Shown one piece after another: positions 29,900 to 42,807 of a stretch of DNA of 64,000 nt. The number at the start of each line of letters is the position of its first letter. The stretch's first letter is position 1. The DNA lies in the NCBI RefSeq assembly GCF_009914755.1, contig NC_060931.1; one strand, 5' to 3'. The position numbers and the translations under genes were made by a program. The notes under the pieces are model-generated. The model saw only the letters and a program-made list of their open reading frames with translations. It searched no databases and had not been told where the DNA came from. The DNA is from the human T2T-CHM13v2.0 reference genome, Homo sapiens.

Positions 29900-31050
29900 C
29901 CCAAAACATCATAAGAAAAATTTTTAAGTAAATAAAGTAGGAAAAAATATATTCTACACTTCTGAAACACAAAGAGTTTACACTATAAGGAAAAGACAAA
30001 TACCCTAACTGAAAAACAAATGTAGAACATGATCAGGCAGTTCTCTCAAGAAATATAAGTGACCAGTAACAATGAACAAAATATTAAATATCTTTGGAAG
30101 TTATTTCAAAGAAATGCAAATTAACTTAAGACATATTGTCACCTATCAGATTAGCAACAATTATAACATATTCAATATTGGTTAGAATTTATGGACTGGA
30201 AACTGTGGTCAAAAAATGTAAAATTGATATATCCTTCCCAAAGGATAGTTGAACAATATGTATGAAATGCCTTGTAAAAATTTATTTTTTAATCCAATGA
30301 CCCCATCTCTAGCACTCCTGAGGAAGTACAGATGGTCCCCACCTTGTGGTTCAACTTGTTTCAACTTTATCATGATGTGAAAGCAATATACATTCAGTAG
30401 AAACTGTACCTAGAGAGTACCCATATAATCATTCTGTTTTTCACTTTCAGCACAATATTCAATAAAGTTCTTGAGATATCCAACACTTTTTTATAAAATA
30501 GGCTTTGTATTAGATGATTTTGCCCAACTGTTAATGTAAGTGTTCTGAGCATGTTTAAGGTAGGCAAGGCTAAGCTAGGATGTTCAGTAGGTTAGGTCTA
30601 TTAAGTGCATTTTTGACTTACAATATTTTCAATCTGCAATGGGTTTATTGGGATGTAAACCCATCGTAAGTCAAAGAGGATCTGTATTCAAAAGGTGCAT
30701 GTGGAGTTTTGGTCAAGGAGGATCATTGAACGATTATTTTGGTCATAAATTGAAAAGCTAAAATAGAAAAACAATAAAGCTAATTATGGAATGAAATGTT
30801 CTGTAGCCCTTGAACATCATTTTATTGAAGAATATTAACAAGGGAAAGTCCTCGTGGTACACTGCTAATTTTAAAAAGCATATTACAAAATCGAATATAA
30901 AATATATTTCCATTTATATAAAAAGTCTGAAAGGATATAAACAATGTTGTGGTAATATCTGGCTGATGGAATTACAGGTAATTTTTAAATCTCCCTTGTG
31001 CTCTTTTACAGTTTATTTTCAAAATTTCAATAGCAAACATGTATTGCTTT
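29900..31050 (+). mobile_element. L1ME-type 3' region fragments, split by MER47A
   Basis: Degenerate ORF2-end and 3'UTR motifs (aaagaaatgcaaatta..., acctatcagattagcaac). Confidence 0.6.
30329..30684 (-). mobile_element. MER47A (TcMar-Tigger) MITE
   Basis: TA|cagatggtcccc...cgtaagtcaaagaggatctg|TA, with terminal repeats and TA duplication. Confidence 0.9.
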
Positions 31051-31282
31051 TGTAAGAAGTAGCAAGAAATTTTCCAGAAAACAAAAACACATTTTTTTCA
31101 CATATACGCAAAAATGACTAGCCTCAACCTTGGAGTTTTTTTGAGCAGCTTGTTCCGAGTGTTATTTGGTTCCAAACCCAATACTATTTTCAACTGCTTA
31201 TTAGTTTACAAGTCCTGCAATGGAGGGCTCACCTTTTATTTGCCAAGGACACCAAGTGAGGCCAGATGGCTTGCCTGCTGGG

Positions 31283-31390
31283 ACAATGGTTCTCAACCTG
31301 GCTGCCTATCAGAATTGCCTTGGTGCTTTAAAAATACGCATGCTCAGGCTTTACCACCTGGAGATCCTTTTTCTGCAGCTTTAGAGTAAA
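31283..31390. mobile_element. MER5-family hAT-Charlie fragment
   Basis: caatggttctcaacctggctgc...tttaaaaatacgcatgctcagg. Confidence 0.6.
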
Positions 31391-32216
31391 TAGAACTTGA
31401 TAATCTGGTGTGTGTGTGGGTAGGTGGGTGTGATATTTTTCTAAAATTCATTGTCATTTGAGATTTTCCTAAAATTTGTGTTGTACCACAGGCCTTAGAT
31501 TTTAATTTTTTAAACAGTTTTATTTTGTTTTAATTGAGTTACTCTATTTGTACAGAATTGGCCCAACCAGATTGTAACTCCAGCTACAAAGACCAGGTAA
31601 AACTGCTTTAAAAATGCAAACAACGTATTTTACTATCTTAAATTAGGAATAAGTTTGCAGATTACTGACTTCTGTAGGTAATTATCACCAGAAAATAGGA
31701 TTGCAGACATATTCATTATTCTAAAATATAATTATTCTTCTTTGGAGATTTTTTCTTCTGTTTCACAAATAACTATACCATATAACCCATCTATACATTT
31801 AGTTATCTAGCCATACAATGTATTTGGGAGGATAAATACAGAATTAGCATTGCTCATTGTGAACCTTTCATTTTATATGTATACTTAACTAAGAGTTTAC
31901 AGTGGTTTGGCCAAGGTGACCATGTTTATAACTGCCTTAGAACATTTTAAACCAAAGCTATTTTTATGATGTTACATGATTGAAACAGTAGTACCTTGAC
32001 TGTAAATTTATTGATACCCTGAATAAGATCCAGAACTCTTTTCTGCAGAAAAGCTCAGCCTTGCTAAGGAGTCCTTATTTAAGGGAGGAGGTAGGATGGC
32101 CTTCTACCTAGCCATGTTCTCCTGACAGTAATAGTCCTTAGCTTCAACAAAAGAACATTAATCCTATCCTTAGGATTGATAACTAAGACATAAGGCTTCT
32201 TAGACAACAAACTATA

Positions 32217-33500
32217 TAAAGGGACTTCAAAAAGTTCATGGAAAAATGGAATTAAAAGATAAAGATAAAAATATAAATTTTATTTCTCAAAATAAGCTCC
32301 ATGAAGGTCAAGATACTTTTGTAAGCAATGATGCCAGCCAGTTAGTCCACCCTTAGAGATCTGAGGATCCTTGAAATTTAAACACATCAATGCAGTCTTT
32401 TTTATATTATTAGCTGAAACAAAAATGGGTGCCCTTTAGAGATTTTTTAAGATGAGAAAACAAAAAGAAGGAAGAAGGAGCCAAATTAGTACCATAAGGT
32501 GGATGCCTATTAATCTCCCATGGAAATGCTCACAAAATTGCCTTTGTTTGGTGAGGGGAAAGAGTAGGAGCATTTTTGTGGTACAGAAGCACTCCAGTGA
32601 AGCTTTCCTGGGTGTTTTTCTGCTAAAGCTTTGGCTAACTTTCTCCAAACACTCTCAAAATAAGCAGATGTTATCATTATTTGACCCTCCAGAAAGTAAA
32701 CTAGAAAATGCCTTGAGCATCCCAAAAAACTTTACATGACCTTTGCTCTTGACCAGTCTGCTTTTACTTTGGACCATTTCCCTCTCTTGGTAGCCATTGC
32801 TTTGATTGTACTTTGTCTTCAAGATCATCCTGGTAAAGCCATGCTTCATCTTCTGTTACAGTCCTTTAAATAAATACTTCAGGATCTTGATTCCACTTGT
32901 TTAAAATTTCCATTGAAAGCTCTGCTCTTGTCTTCAGGTTATCTAGGCACAATAGTTTTGACACCTATCAAATGGAAAGTTTGCTCAATTTTAATTTTTT
33001 AGTCAGAATTGTGGAAACAGAACCAGTTGAGATGTCTGTGGTGTTAGCTATTGTTTCTGCCGTTAACCATTGTTTTCAATGAGGGTACGGAAAAGATTAA
33101 TTTTTTCCTCACAAATTGATATGTTTTGCCACTGCAGACTTCATCTTCAACGTTGTCTCATCCCTTCTTAAAATGAATTATTCGTTGGTAAACTACTGAT
33201 TTCTCTGGGACATTGTACCCATAAACTTTTTGTTAAGCATCAGTGATTTACTATTCTTCCACCCAAGCTTCACCATAAATTTTATGTTTGTTCTTGCTTC
33301 AATTTTAGCAGAATTCATGTTGTTCTGATGGGGTTCTTTTCAAACTGATGTCTTATATGTCTTAATCCTTCAAACTAGGTCCTGTTCAGACATGTTATAA
33401 CAAGTTAGGACACGTTTATTTTGGTGCAAAAAAGTCTGAAATCCATACATAGTTTTTTATAATAATATGCATTTTCCATAAACTTTTTAAAGATCCCTCC
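32217..33500 (-). mobile_element. HSMAR2 mariner transposon, near full length (1284 bp)
   Basis: ~30-bp terminal inverted repeats (gggacttcaaaaagttcatggaaaa / ttttccataaactttttaaagatccc), TA on both flanks, internal transposase. Confidence 0.95.
32280..33318 (-). pseudogene. HSMAR2 transposase, inactive
   Basis: MNSAKIEART... start; WVP motif W changed to TAG; VTEDEAWL; HDNA changed to HKNA; YSPDLAPSD changed to YGTNLAPSS; frameshifts. Confidence 0.9.
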
Positions 33501-33839
33501 TATATAGACTGAGATGCGCTGCAGGGAGCTGTCACGAAATACAATCTCCAGTTCACTGCAATTCAATCTTTTATCCAAAATTTCAGTTAGAGAAACAATA
33601 TTGGATGAAATGGATTAAATGTTCACACATCTAGACAGCCAAAAGTAGATCCCTGGATCAAGACAGACATCTAGAGACATAAATCTTCTCAGAATTCTTT
33701 GTGTTAAATCATGACTTAAGGGAATACCAATAGTTTGTTGAGGATTTCTAGAATGAACAACCTTGAAAATGTGTTTCTGTGCCTATTATATGGACATTGC
33801 TTATCAAATCAGCAAGACCGTTTTCCTCAAAATACTTTT

Positions 33840-34870
33840 GTTTTAATAGCATAATCTAGTAATAAAGACAACACATGCTCATTGAGTAAAATTCAAACAA
33901 TATAAACTATAAAAATAAAATAAAAACACACCTAAATCCCCCCTTCAAAAAAAAAGACTACTAGTGCTGCTGCTACAATTACCACTTAGAGATAATTATT
34001 GTTAATATTTGGACAAAAATCCTGAGACATAAACGTGATCTTTATTTCACATGTTATTTTCAGTCTGATTTTTTTCACTTAAAATATCTTAATGAATATT
34101 TTGCACATTAACCTTCTCAGTGACTACGCATTACTCTATTGTATGAATGTGCCAACATTTATTTTTAACTTTATTGAGGTATAATTGACAAATAAAAATT
34201 GTACATAGGGTACAATATGGTGTTTTGATATATGTATACACTGTCAAATGATTACCACAGTCAAGCTAATGAATATATCCATCACCTCATACAGTCATGA
34301 GCTCTACTACGTGCTCTACCATTTGTACCAAAATTTATTAAGCAAATATCCTATCAATGTACTACTAGTTGATTATAATTTTTCACATTAATATAAATGG
34401 TGCTATGTTAAACACATTTGTACAAACATCTTTGTACAATTATATAATTATATCCTTATCACAAATTTCTAAAAGTAGTATTCCTGAACCAAAGAATATA
34501 TACCTATCAATACATATGGCTAAACTGACTCAAAAACATTATCCCAATGTACCCTTTTCTACTAAAAGTCCTGAGAGTGACCATTCTCTCTACCTACTCC
34601 CACCAGTTAGTCAAGTTTTTTTTACCTCTTTCATACTAATAAGTGAATACATTTTCAAATGTAGACTGGCCTTTCACATTTCTTCTTATATTAATTGCCT
34701 TTTCATGTCCTTAGTCCATTTTTCTACAGAGGAATTTATCCTTCTCTTCATTATTTATAAAACTATCTACATAGTAGAGCTCATAACATTTTGAGTGCCA
34801 CAAAAATTGCAAGGGTTTTTGTTATCCTTGTTGTTGTTGCTGTTGTTTGTTTGTTGTATTTAATAGCTTG
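33840..34870 (-). mobile_element. Old L1ME fragments with a nested short L1MA 3' end (34164-34298)
   Basis: Antisense L1 3'UTR motifs; the nested piece is flanked by tgtgccaacatttatt / tgtaccaaaatttatt. Confidence 0.6.
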
Positions 34871-34939
34871 TTATTTGCTAATTGGAAAAGAAGATGGAAA
34901 GCATAATGTGCCACTGACTCTGTAAATTTCCACCTTATC

Positions 34940-35210
34940 TCTCAAGACCCACTTCAATCCCACATCTTTTCCTAAAGCCTTACCTCCTTTGCCATCCTAA
35001 TGTGATTTCTCCCTCTACCTACCTTTCAACTCATTATACAATTTATTTGGCAATTTATCCCATAGTGCCTGATGACATACCTAAGAATTGTCAGTTACAT
35101 GCAAGTCCCATCTGTCCACACCAGCAACCAACTCCTTAACAGGAGTGTACCTTTAACTTTTGTATTCACTCCATTCCTTCAAATAGGTGTTCAATAAACA
35201 ATAAATAAAG
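34940..35210 (+). mobile_element. L2 3' fragment
   Basis: ...aaataggtgttcaataaac tail and upstream L2 motifs. Confidence 0.5.
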
Positions 35211-35398
35211 GCTTATTTTTAAAATGAATAGAAGGGAAGGTAAGTGACAAAGGTCATCTCAGATTTTCCAGGCTGGAAATATGCTTGGCAGAAGCATTCG
35301 GCCAGGCAGGTTCTGGAACTCCATTTTACTGCTTGCCTCAGCATTCTGATCCTAGATAAAACTTATTCCAATGATGTCAAGTCTATTTTATTTATCAA

Positions 35399-35537
35399 AA
35401 GGGCATCCATATATTCCAGTTTACTCAAAGCAGGCTCAGTTTAAGCTTGCCATAATAATTACCATAACTGTGTAATTATTAAAAGTGCCGCCTTTCACTC
35501 TCAAAAGTTTCAGATGATAAATTATATTCTCATCCTA
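35399..35537. mobile_element. MER94 (hAT-Blackjack) MITE
   Basis: gtaattattaaaagtgccgcctttcactctcaaaag...gataaattatattctcatccta. Confidence 0.7.
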
Positions 35538-36359
35538 TTTATTACTGGCTCTGGTTCCTTATTTATTTCCTAGGCCTAAAATTTACCACAGAATTTAACA
35601 GACTTGGTAGATGAAGATCAAACTTTCTAAGTATGATATGAGTTTGGGGTTGTTAATTATGCATTGTTAATTAAACCTCTTTTCTTGGTTTAATTAATCA
35701 AATTTTTATGATAGCCTAACCTCAAAGAATTAAGGGAAACATTCAATACACAGATAAAGACATTTGCCATTTATGTGATTTTTTAGAAGTAGGTCATGAA
35801 GTTTATTGTTATTGTACACATTTTCTTCAACTAGATTGAGAACTTTTTGCAGTACCATTAGTCTTACTTTTGTATCCCTTCCTCATCTCACTTAAAACAG
35901 TACTCTGTACTCAGTGAGCATGCAACAAATTCTGCTGTGAAACCACTGGGGGCATGGAGATTTTAATTTGCTTTTTGATTAAGGGTGTCCTTCCCCTTGA
36001 CTCCTACCATGTCATCACAGACATGTGAGGGGATAATACCGATTAGAGTGCTAAATGGGAAGTGGTATCATGAAAACCCAGTTGAATTTTAAGATTCACT
36101 TTTATGTCTTCGGCTCACTTGTCCATGGATACAGCTCATCTAAATTAGATGTGTCTGAAAATTCAATTACCCCAATGGAAACATCTGGATCCTTTTTTCT
36201 TCCTTTAATCCTTTGTCCTAGTGACTCTGCCAGACAGTCCATATCCCTTGTTGGTTTGGCAGAAAACCTATAAGGGCATAGTTAGAAGTGGGAGTTGCTG
36301 ATGGAAATGTTGCCTTGTCTATTTTTTCAGTAGATTTGGTCACTTTCCTTCTCTATATA

Positions 36360-36550
36360 TTAGAATCACAGATTTTTATCAAAATATAGACCTTAGAAGA
36401 AAAGTTACTGTAACTTCATATTTTATAGAGGGAGTAATTTGAAGCCCAGCAAAATGAAATGAGCTGTTCACAGATACATATGTGATGATAGCAGGTCTGC
36501 ACTACAACCCTTTTCTCCTGATCCCCAATCTGGAGCACTTTTCAGTATAT
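36360..36550 (-). mobile_element. MIR-family fragment
   Basis: tcatattttatagagggagt...gaagcccagc degenerate core. Confidence 0.5.
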
Positions 36551-38674
36551 CAGATTCTAGATACTGTTCGAATATTAGCTATTGCCCCATTTCAATTTGT
36601 AATACTGGTGCTTAGCTGATTTTATCAATAAAAATCTGTTCGTTTAAAATAAATTTCAATGTTATGAGAAACAAGGAAGTTTTTTTGTAAAGTATGATAT
36701 TTTTAGTAGATACCAAAGGATAAAATTAACTTCCTTTTTGAGTAAAATATTCCAGCCAAACTCAGACAGACATGTTTATGTGTGTTTATAAACTAGGAGA
36801 GGATCAGAGAAAATAGAATCTGATAGGGGAGATCAGAGCCTAAATCATAAACCATCATGTGCATCTCATCTCTGCCCCAGAATCCTTTTCACAAAAAAAG
36901 AAAAGCTCTGGGAACAAAGAATAAAGGAGAAATAGACATATATTTGACCTGTGATTTTAGTTTTAACTTAGGAAAAGCAGATAATGAAATCTTATTATAA
37001 TTATATCTGTAGGGGACAGAGACAGCCCATTTAGATAAGGCTGAATACCTAGTTTTCTAAACTGAAAAGAAAGGTTTTGATTCTTTGGGCAAGCTGTGAC
37101 CTCATGTGGTGGAGAGGCTACAAAATACTACTGACCAAGAGGAGCAATTTTTATATAAGCTACCACATGTCTGAGAATACTGAAGAGATATTTAAAAGTC
37201 TGTTTAATCCTATTTTGGACATAATTCTTATCTTTTCTTCTCTCAAAAAATGTTCAAAATGGCCCTTTCTGTTTCTAGAACACTTTAGAAAATTATATGA
37301 AAATACATCTCGTTCATGTACAATATTTTTAAGTCTTTATTGATATAACTACTCTTAGGTGTAAGTTGATCTTCTTCCCATCTGCATCTGCCTTAAGGCT
37401 GAGATATCATCTTGAGATTGTGAAGGAGGAATATATGATATAAAGAACATAAAACTAGAGTGAAAAGGTGCAGGAAACAAAAGTCCCATCCATCCAGTCA
37501 GAGGGAGAGGGCAGGGAGAGTGACTGGTGGCAGGGGCAGTTAGGAGGAGAAAGTCAGGAGAGGAAAAAGGAGGGGGGACACATGAGTCATAGTGTCCTTT
37601 CTCCAGCATTTGATCTAGAGGATGGTAGAGAGGGAATATTAGATGAGTGGACGGGAAGGCTGAAAGCAGAGGTGCACCTGCTCTGCTTCCTGTTTTGTTC
37701 CCTGGGAGGAATCCACTGAGCAGGGTGCTCTATGACAACATGGGGCAGGCCTAGCTATGTAAAGAGGCCACACAAGTCTGGCCAAAGGAGAGAGCCACCT
37801 CTCTAGCTCTCAGGTGGGCAACCCAGAGAAGATTCCACATTCTCCTAGGGAGGGAGGGGTGGGGAGGAGGGCAAATGGATGAGCTGAGATCCAGAAAGGC
37901 TGGATAGGGCCTTACCATGGGAAGAGGTGAAGGGAACCTGCAAAGAGCTTTCAGGGCGAACTACCAAGGCCCAGGAACTAGACGGAGGATATGGACACTC
38001 AGTAATCTTCACAAAGAACAAAAGTGGGGACAAGGCAGCAGAGAACAGCCACTTGACCCTGCCCAAGCTGGGAAATAAGAAGAAAGGAGCATGTGTGTGT
38101 TCATAAGACACAGATTTCCTAGTGGACACATGAAAAACCCTCATGATATTTGCATCTGAGAGCAGAGTAAGTTTAATTTTATAATCACTCAACATATAGT
38201 TATTCAGTATTTGGCAGCATAAAATTTACCATCTTAAAAAAATGAAGCTAGTCTAAAAGTCCTACCTGTGGAAAAGTTGCAAGGCCATCATCTACTGGTA
38301 ATTTGCTCAAATTTCAATGAATATGATTCTTAAAGTCTGCTGACAATTTAAGAAGAAAGCATGAACCACAATTCATACACTGTGACAAATACCATTACAA
38401 CTTCTCAATATTTACTTGAAATTCCTGTTGGTGTTCAGCTGTAAATTGAGAGTTTCCTAGGAAGTATACAGAAATATAAAACAAAGATTTTACTTCTAAT
38501 TTTTTTTGTGTTGCACAAATTTCTTCATCTTGGAGATCAGTGAGGTCAGTGGTTGTGAAAACACATGTATAGGGAAGGTTATGCAAATATTTTGAGATTA
38601 AAAACTGCAAAGACTTTTTAACATCTATGAATTTTAAGGAAAAATATAACTAAAGAAGTCATATAGTCCAACCT

Positions 38675-39082
38675 AACATATCCAACAGAAATATAATACA
38701 AGTTACATATGTAATTTAAAATTTTCTAGTGTCTACATGTAAAAACAGGTGAAATTTATTTTAATAATATATTTTATTTAACACCATATATTCAAAATAT
38801 TTATATTCCAACATGTAATCAGTATAAAAATTATTTTCTCATACCAAGTCTTCAAAATCCATGTGTGTTTTACATTTATAGTATATCTCAATGTGGATGC
38901 TAAATTTTCAATGGTCATAGTAAAATGTATTCCTACCAAAACGATAAATTTGTCTTAATAGAAAAATGTTACACTACTTCTGTTTCTAAATTTAAAACAA
39001 TTAGAACTTCAGTTCCTTAGTCATATTAGCCACATTTGAAGTCCACAGTTGCCACACGTGGCCGGTGGCTAGACCGCACAGG
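38675..39082. mobile_element. MER33/Charlie1-derived hAT element
   Basis: tccaacagaaatataatacaag...cagttccttagtcatattagccacattt...ccacacgtggccggtggcta. Confidence 0.8.
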
Positions 39083-39808
39083 TCCCACCTGATACGTAGC
39101 AAGGTGCCCAATTAATGTTTATTGAAATGAATGATTGCATAATCTGCCCAAATTCCACAGATTACTGGCTGCCACTTTCATACTTTTCCTTAAATAATTA
39201 CTTGAGAGGAATTGAATATGGGAGAGGAAAATGAAAAGAGGAGCCAAAGGGTTTGGGAGAATTAAGGCACCCTTGATAGAATCAGTGACACTGGGAAAAA
39301 AAAAAACAAAACAAACAAACAAAAAAAAACTTGGTTCAGGAGGAAGAGGAAGATAAAGAACATCAGAGCTCTGAAAGTTCCCTCCCTTGAGGAACAAAGC
39401 TCCCTGTGATAATTAATAGCAGCTACAGAATTTTCCATCAGAACAGCTTGTATCTTTTGGCCCACACCATTCAATGGCTGCCCATAAACCTGTCCTATCT
39501 GTTCAAAAATCAGAGTCAAACCTCAGCTGTGCTGTGCTGTGCTGTGGTTCTGTTTGCCTGAGCTGTGAATCTTAAGATGTTGGTCTGAACTTTACACACA
39601 CCTGTTCTCTCATAGCTTCTCTGAACCCTAAGTTTTAACTTGTGTGTACTCTACTTTTACTAGTGCCCTCCTGCCACCCTTGGCCGTGAGCTCTCTCTCT
39701 GACCCTGCTCCAGTGTATGCCTCAGAGCCTTGTAATATCCAGCCTAGTCCATCTACTTGGACTTCAGATCACACCTGTATCACTAGTTCTCCTGGATACC
39801 TTAGCATC

Positions 39809-40361
39809 TGAGGTAGGCAGCCTCTAAGATGGCCCCAATGAACTGCCTCCTAGGATCTATACCCTGTGTAATCCTTCCCCTTGAGTGTCAGCTGGAATCT
39901 AGCAGCTCACTTCTAACCAACTGAATACAGCAAACATGATAGGACTTAATTTCTGACGTTAGATTACTAAGTGCTGTGGCTTTTATCTCGGGCACCTTTT
40001 CTCACTCTCTCACCCACTTATTCTGAGGGAGGCTAGCTGAAATGTTGCTGTCTACCCTATGGAGATGCTCACATGGCAAAAAACTGAGGGAAGTCTCAGC
40101 CCAACAATCCCCGAGGATCTGACTTCCACCAACAACCACATGAGTGAATATGGAAGCAATCATGTGCTCTCCTCCAGTCAAGCCTTCAGATGAGACTTCA
40201 GCTCTGCTCAACACATTGATTGCAGCCTTGTGAGTGAACTCCCTTGAGGAAGAGGCATCTACATAAGCTGCATCCAGATTCCAAACTGACAGGAGCTGAG
40301 TGTTTTAAGCTACTGAGTTTGGGGGGTAAATTTTTCAGCTGCAATAAATAAAACTAATACA
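39809..40361 (+). mobile_element. MLT1F-like MaLR solo LTR
   Basis: tgaggtaggcagcctctaagatggcccc ... tgttttaagctactgagtttgggg...aactaataca; degenerate TSD gcatc/gcacg. Confidence 0.85.
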
Positions 40362-41494
40362 GCACGAGACATTAATTTTCTTATAGAAAACTCATGTAAA
40401 TGATCCCATGAATGATGAATTGAATTTTGGACATTTAAAAATGATTACAAGATATTCAAAACAGAATGTCCACATGATATTTGGTAATAGCAGACCTGGA
40501 ACCTAGGGAAGAGAGAACGATAAATCCTCAGCATCAAGGTTATAAAGAAAGTCATGACAATATGTCAACTGTCTTGGAAGACTTTGAATGTAAATAATAA
40601 GCATTTGTCAAGTAGATGAAGGGAATAATTTATTTCTTCCCTCTTAAGTCTCACTTGGTGAAGAGCAGGGAGCTCACACGAAACACTTGACCTGTGGCTT
40701 AACCTTCCCCCCTTTAGCCCACACTGTGATTTGCCTGTGTAATGCTTTGCCCTTTTTTCTATTGGAATTTTCTGTTGTTGTTGTTGTTGTTTGTTTTAAT
40801 CTCTTTGCTATATTATGGGTATTAACCCCTTTTATAAATATATTTTCCGGCTTATCTCTTGACTTTCATCTTTATTTATGGCCTCTTTTTCCATTTGTAT
40901 GTTTTTAATAAGTCATTCCTTTTATATATTCAGGCCTTGGCAACATGCTAAGGAAAATGATCCTTGCTTCAAGATTGTAAAAATGTTCTCTCTTTTTCCT
41001 TCTGCAATTTACATGATATGGATGTCTAAATCCTTAAACTACTTAGAATTTATTTTTTACTACAGTGGTAGTTACCTAACCTATTTTTCCCTAAACTGTT
41101 ATCCAATTGTAACGGTGATATTTGTTATTTAAACTTCTCGTTAATTTCATATGCCATCTGTTATCTTATACTATATGCCCCTATATATGTGTAGTTTCTA
41201 GGTCTTTTATTCCACTCATTGATCTATTTGTCTATTTCTAGGCAATACTACAATTTTAATTACAGTATATTTAGGGTATGTGCTTATGATTTTTAATGCA
41301 ATTCTCCTATTATTCTTTTTTCCTCCATAGTTTTTGGGCATTCTTTTACATTTATTTTTCAAGATAAACAATTTGATCAGATTTTCAAGATAAAAAACAA
41401 CTGGTTGGGAACATTGCTAAAATTTTATTAAACTTACGGTTTTACTTGTAGAGAATCTTTATAACTCTGCATCTTCCTATTCAGGAACATATCA

Positions 41495-42203
41495 TTAGAA
41501 AATAAGATGAGATATTGGTGGAAAAGAATTGAATTCTGCCTTGGCAGAATCAACCCTTTTTTCCCAAAGAAGGCAAAGTAAGGAAAAATAATACTTTATT
41601 ATTAGCTGACACTTTGGCCCTGCACCATATTCAGACTTCTGGTAAGCTCATCTGGGCAAAGTGGGGATATCCTCTTTAAAGCTACATCAGTGTGAATGGC
41701 CTAGCATCAAAGAAGAATCTGCTCTGCTCATGCCACACGTCACCAGTCCTCTTGCTCTTTGTTGCACCACCCTTCCCACCACCAACTGATAATAAATCCC
41801 AAATATTAATACCAAACCTTGCTATGCCAGTGGGATGATATGTCACTCCCATCAGCACTACGGAAAGAGGATCTGGAGAGATACATGGAAAGAGAAAACA
41901 CATTTTCCAGTCGTTAAAAGTAATATCTGAAGTAAAACCAGCTAAGATAGAAGAGAGAGACCCAGTGAAAGAAAGAGAAGCAGCCAAGCTTGATGGAAAA
42001 AAACAGAATTGGGGCCACTTATGTTCTCACTGCACGTGCAGACAAATATAAAATTTCCAGTTCTTTCAAAGCTCCACCCTCAGAAAAAGTGACCTAATCA
42101 GTTATGTGAGTCGCACCAACTGGATCAGCATTCCTCTCCATTAGGTATGAGGCACAGATGTAATGAAGGGGTTCAGAGAGGACTCCTATTAGAAGTGGAC
42201 AAG
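41495..42203 (+). pseudogene. Unidentified coding-like insert, candidate decayed retrocopy fragment
   Basis: Non-L1 sequence interrupting an L1M; one + frame runs ~180 codons (41506-42051) with only 3 internal stops; parent gene not recognised. Confidence 0.35.
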
Positions 42204-42807
42204 TATTTTTTTACGTACATTCAGAACTTTAAACCCTTTAGTGAACCCTTATGGTGTTTTTCATATAAATGTCACACATCCTTTGTCAGGTTTATTCCTG
42301 GGAATATTAATGATTACATTGTTATCAGGGATTAAATTTTTTAAAGGTATTTTCTAAACAGGTTATTTATTAGTAAATAAAAGTAATTATGTTTTGCATG
42401 TCTATTTTTATCCAACCCCATTGAACTCTCAGTATTTTAATTCTCTGGAATCTTCCAAGAATACAATCACTCTCTAGAAAATAAAATAGTAACTTGATCA
42501 CTTTCTTTCTTTTCATTTATTTCAAAATACATTATACCCACACAAAAGCACATTATAACACACCTGTACATTTTAAATAATAATAATAATTTAAAAATAA
42601 AATAAATTCTATGTACTCCCCAAGCAAATAGCACACCACCAATTCATTTGTAGCTCTTGTGTGTCCCTTCCAGAAGTAACTACTGCCTTGAATTTTGTAG
42701 TAATACTAATATCCTTGCATTTTAATGCATGTGTGTGTGTAATTTTGTTTTGTCTGATTTGCAACTTTATGTAAATTGAATTATACTGTATATATTGTAT
42801 GTCTTGC

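Noticed and set aside
34299-34323. 25 extra nt at the 5' end of a short L1MA whose reverse complement (aatggtagagcacgt) resembles a tRNA D-arm
   Set aside because: Too short to distinguish from chance or a small inverted L1 piece
34369-34794. 141-aa plus-strand ORF
   Set aside because: Antisense reading of a decayed L1ME; non-ATG start
41500-41680. Faint resemblance of the insert's left part to the hnRNP Q/R post-RRM region
   Set aside because: Only scattered short matches from memory and the downstream sequence does not agree, so no parent gene is assigned
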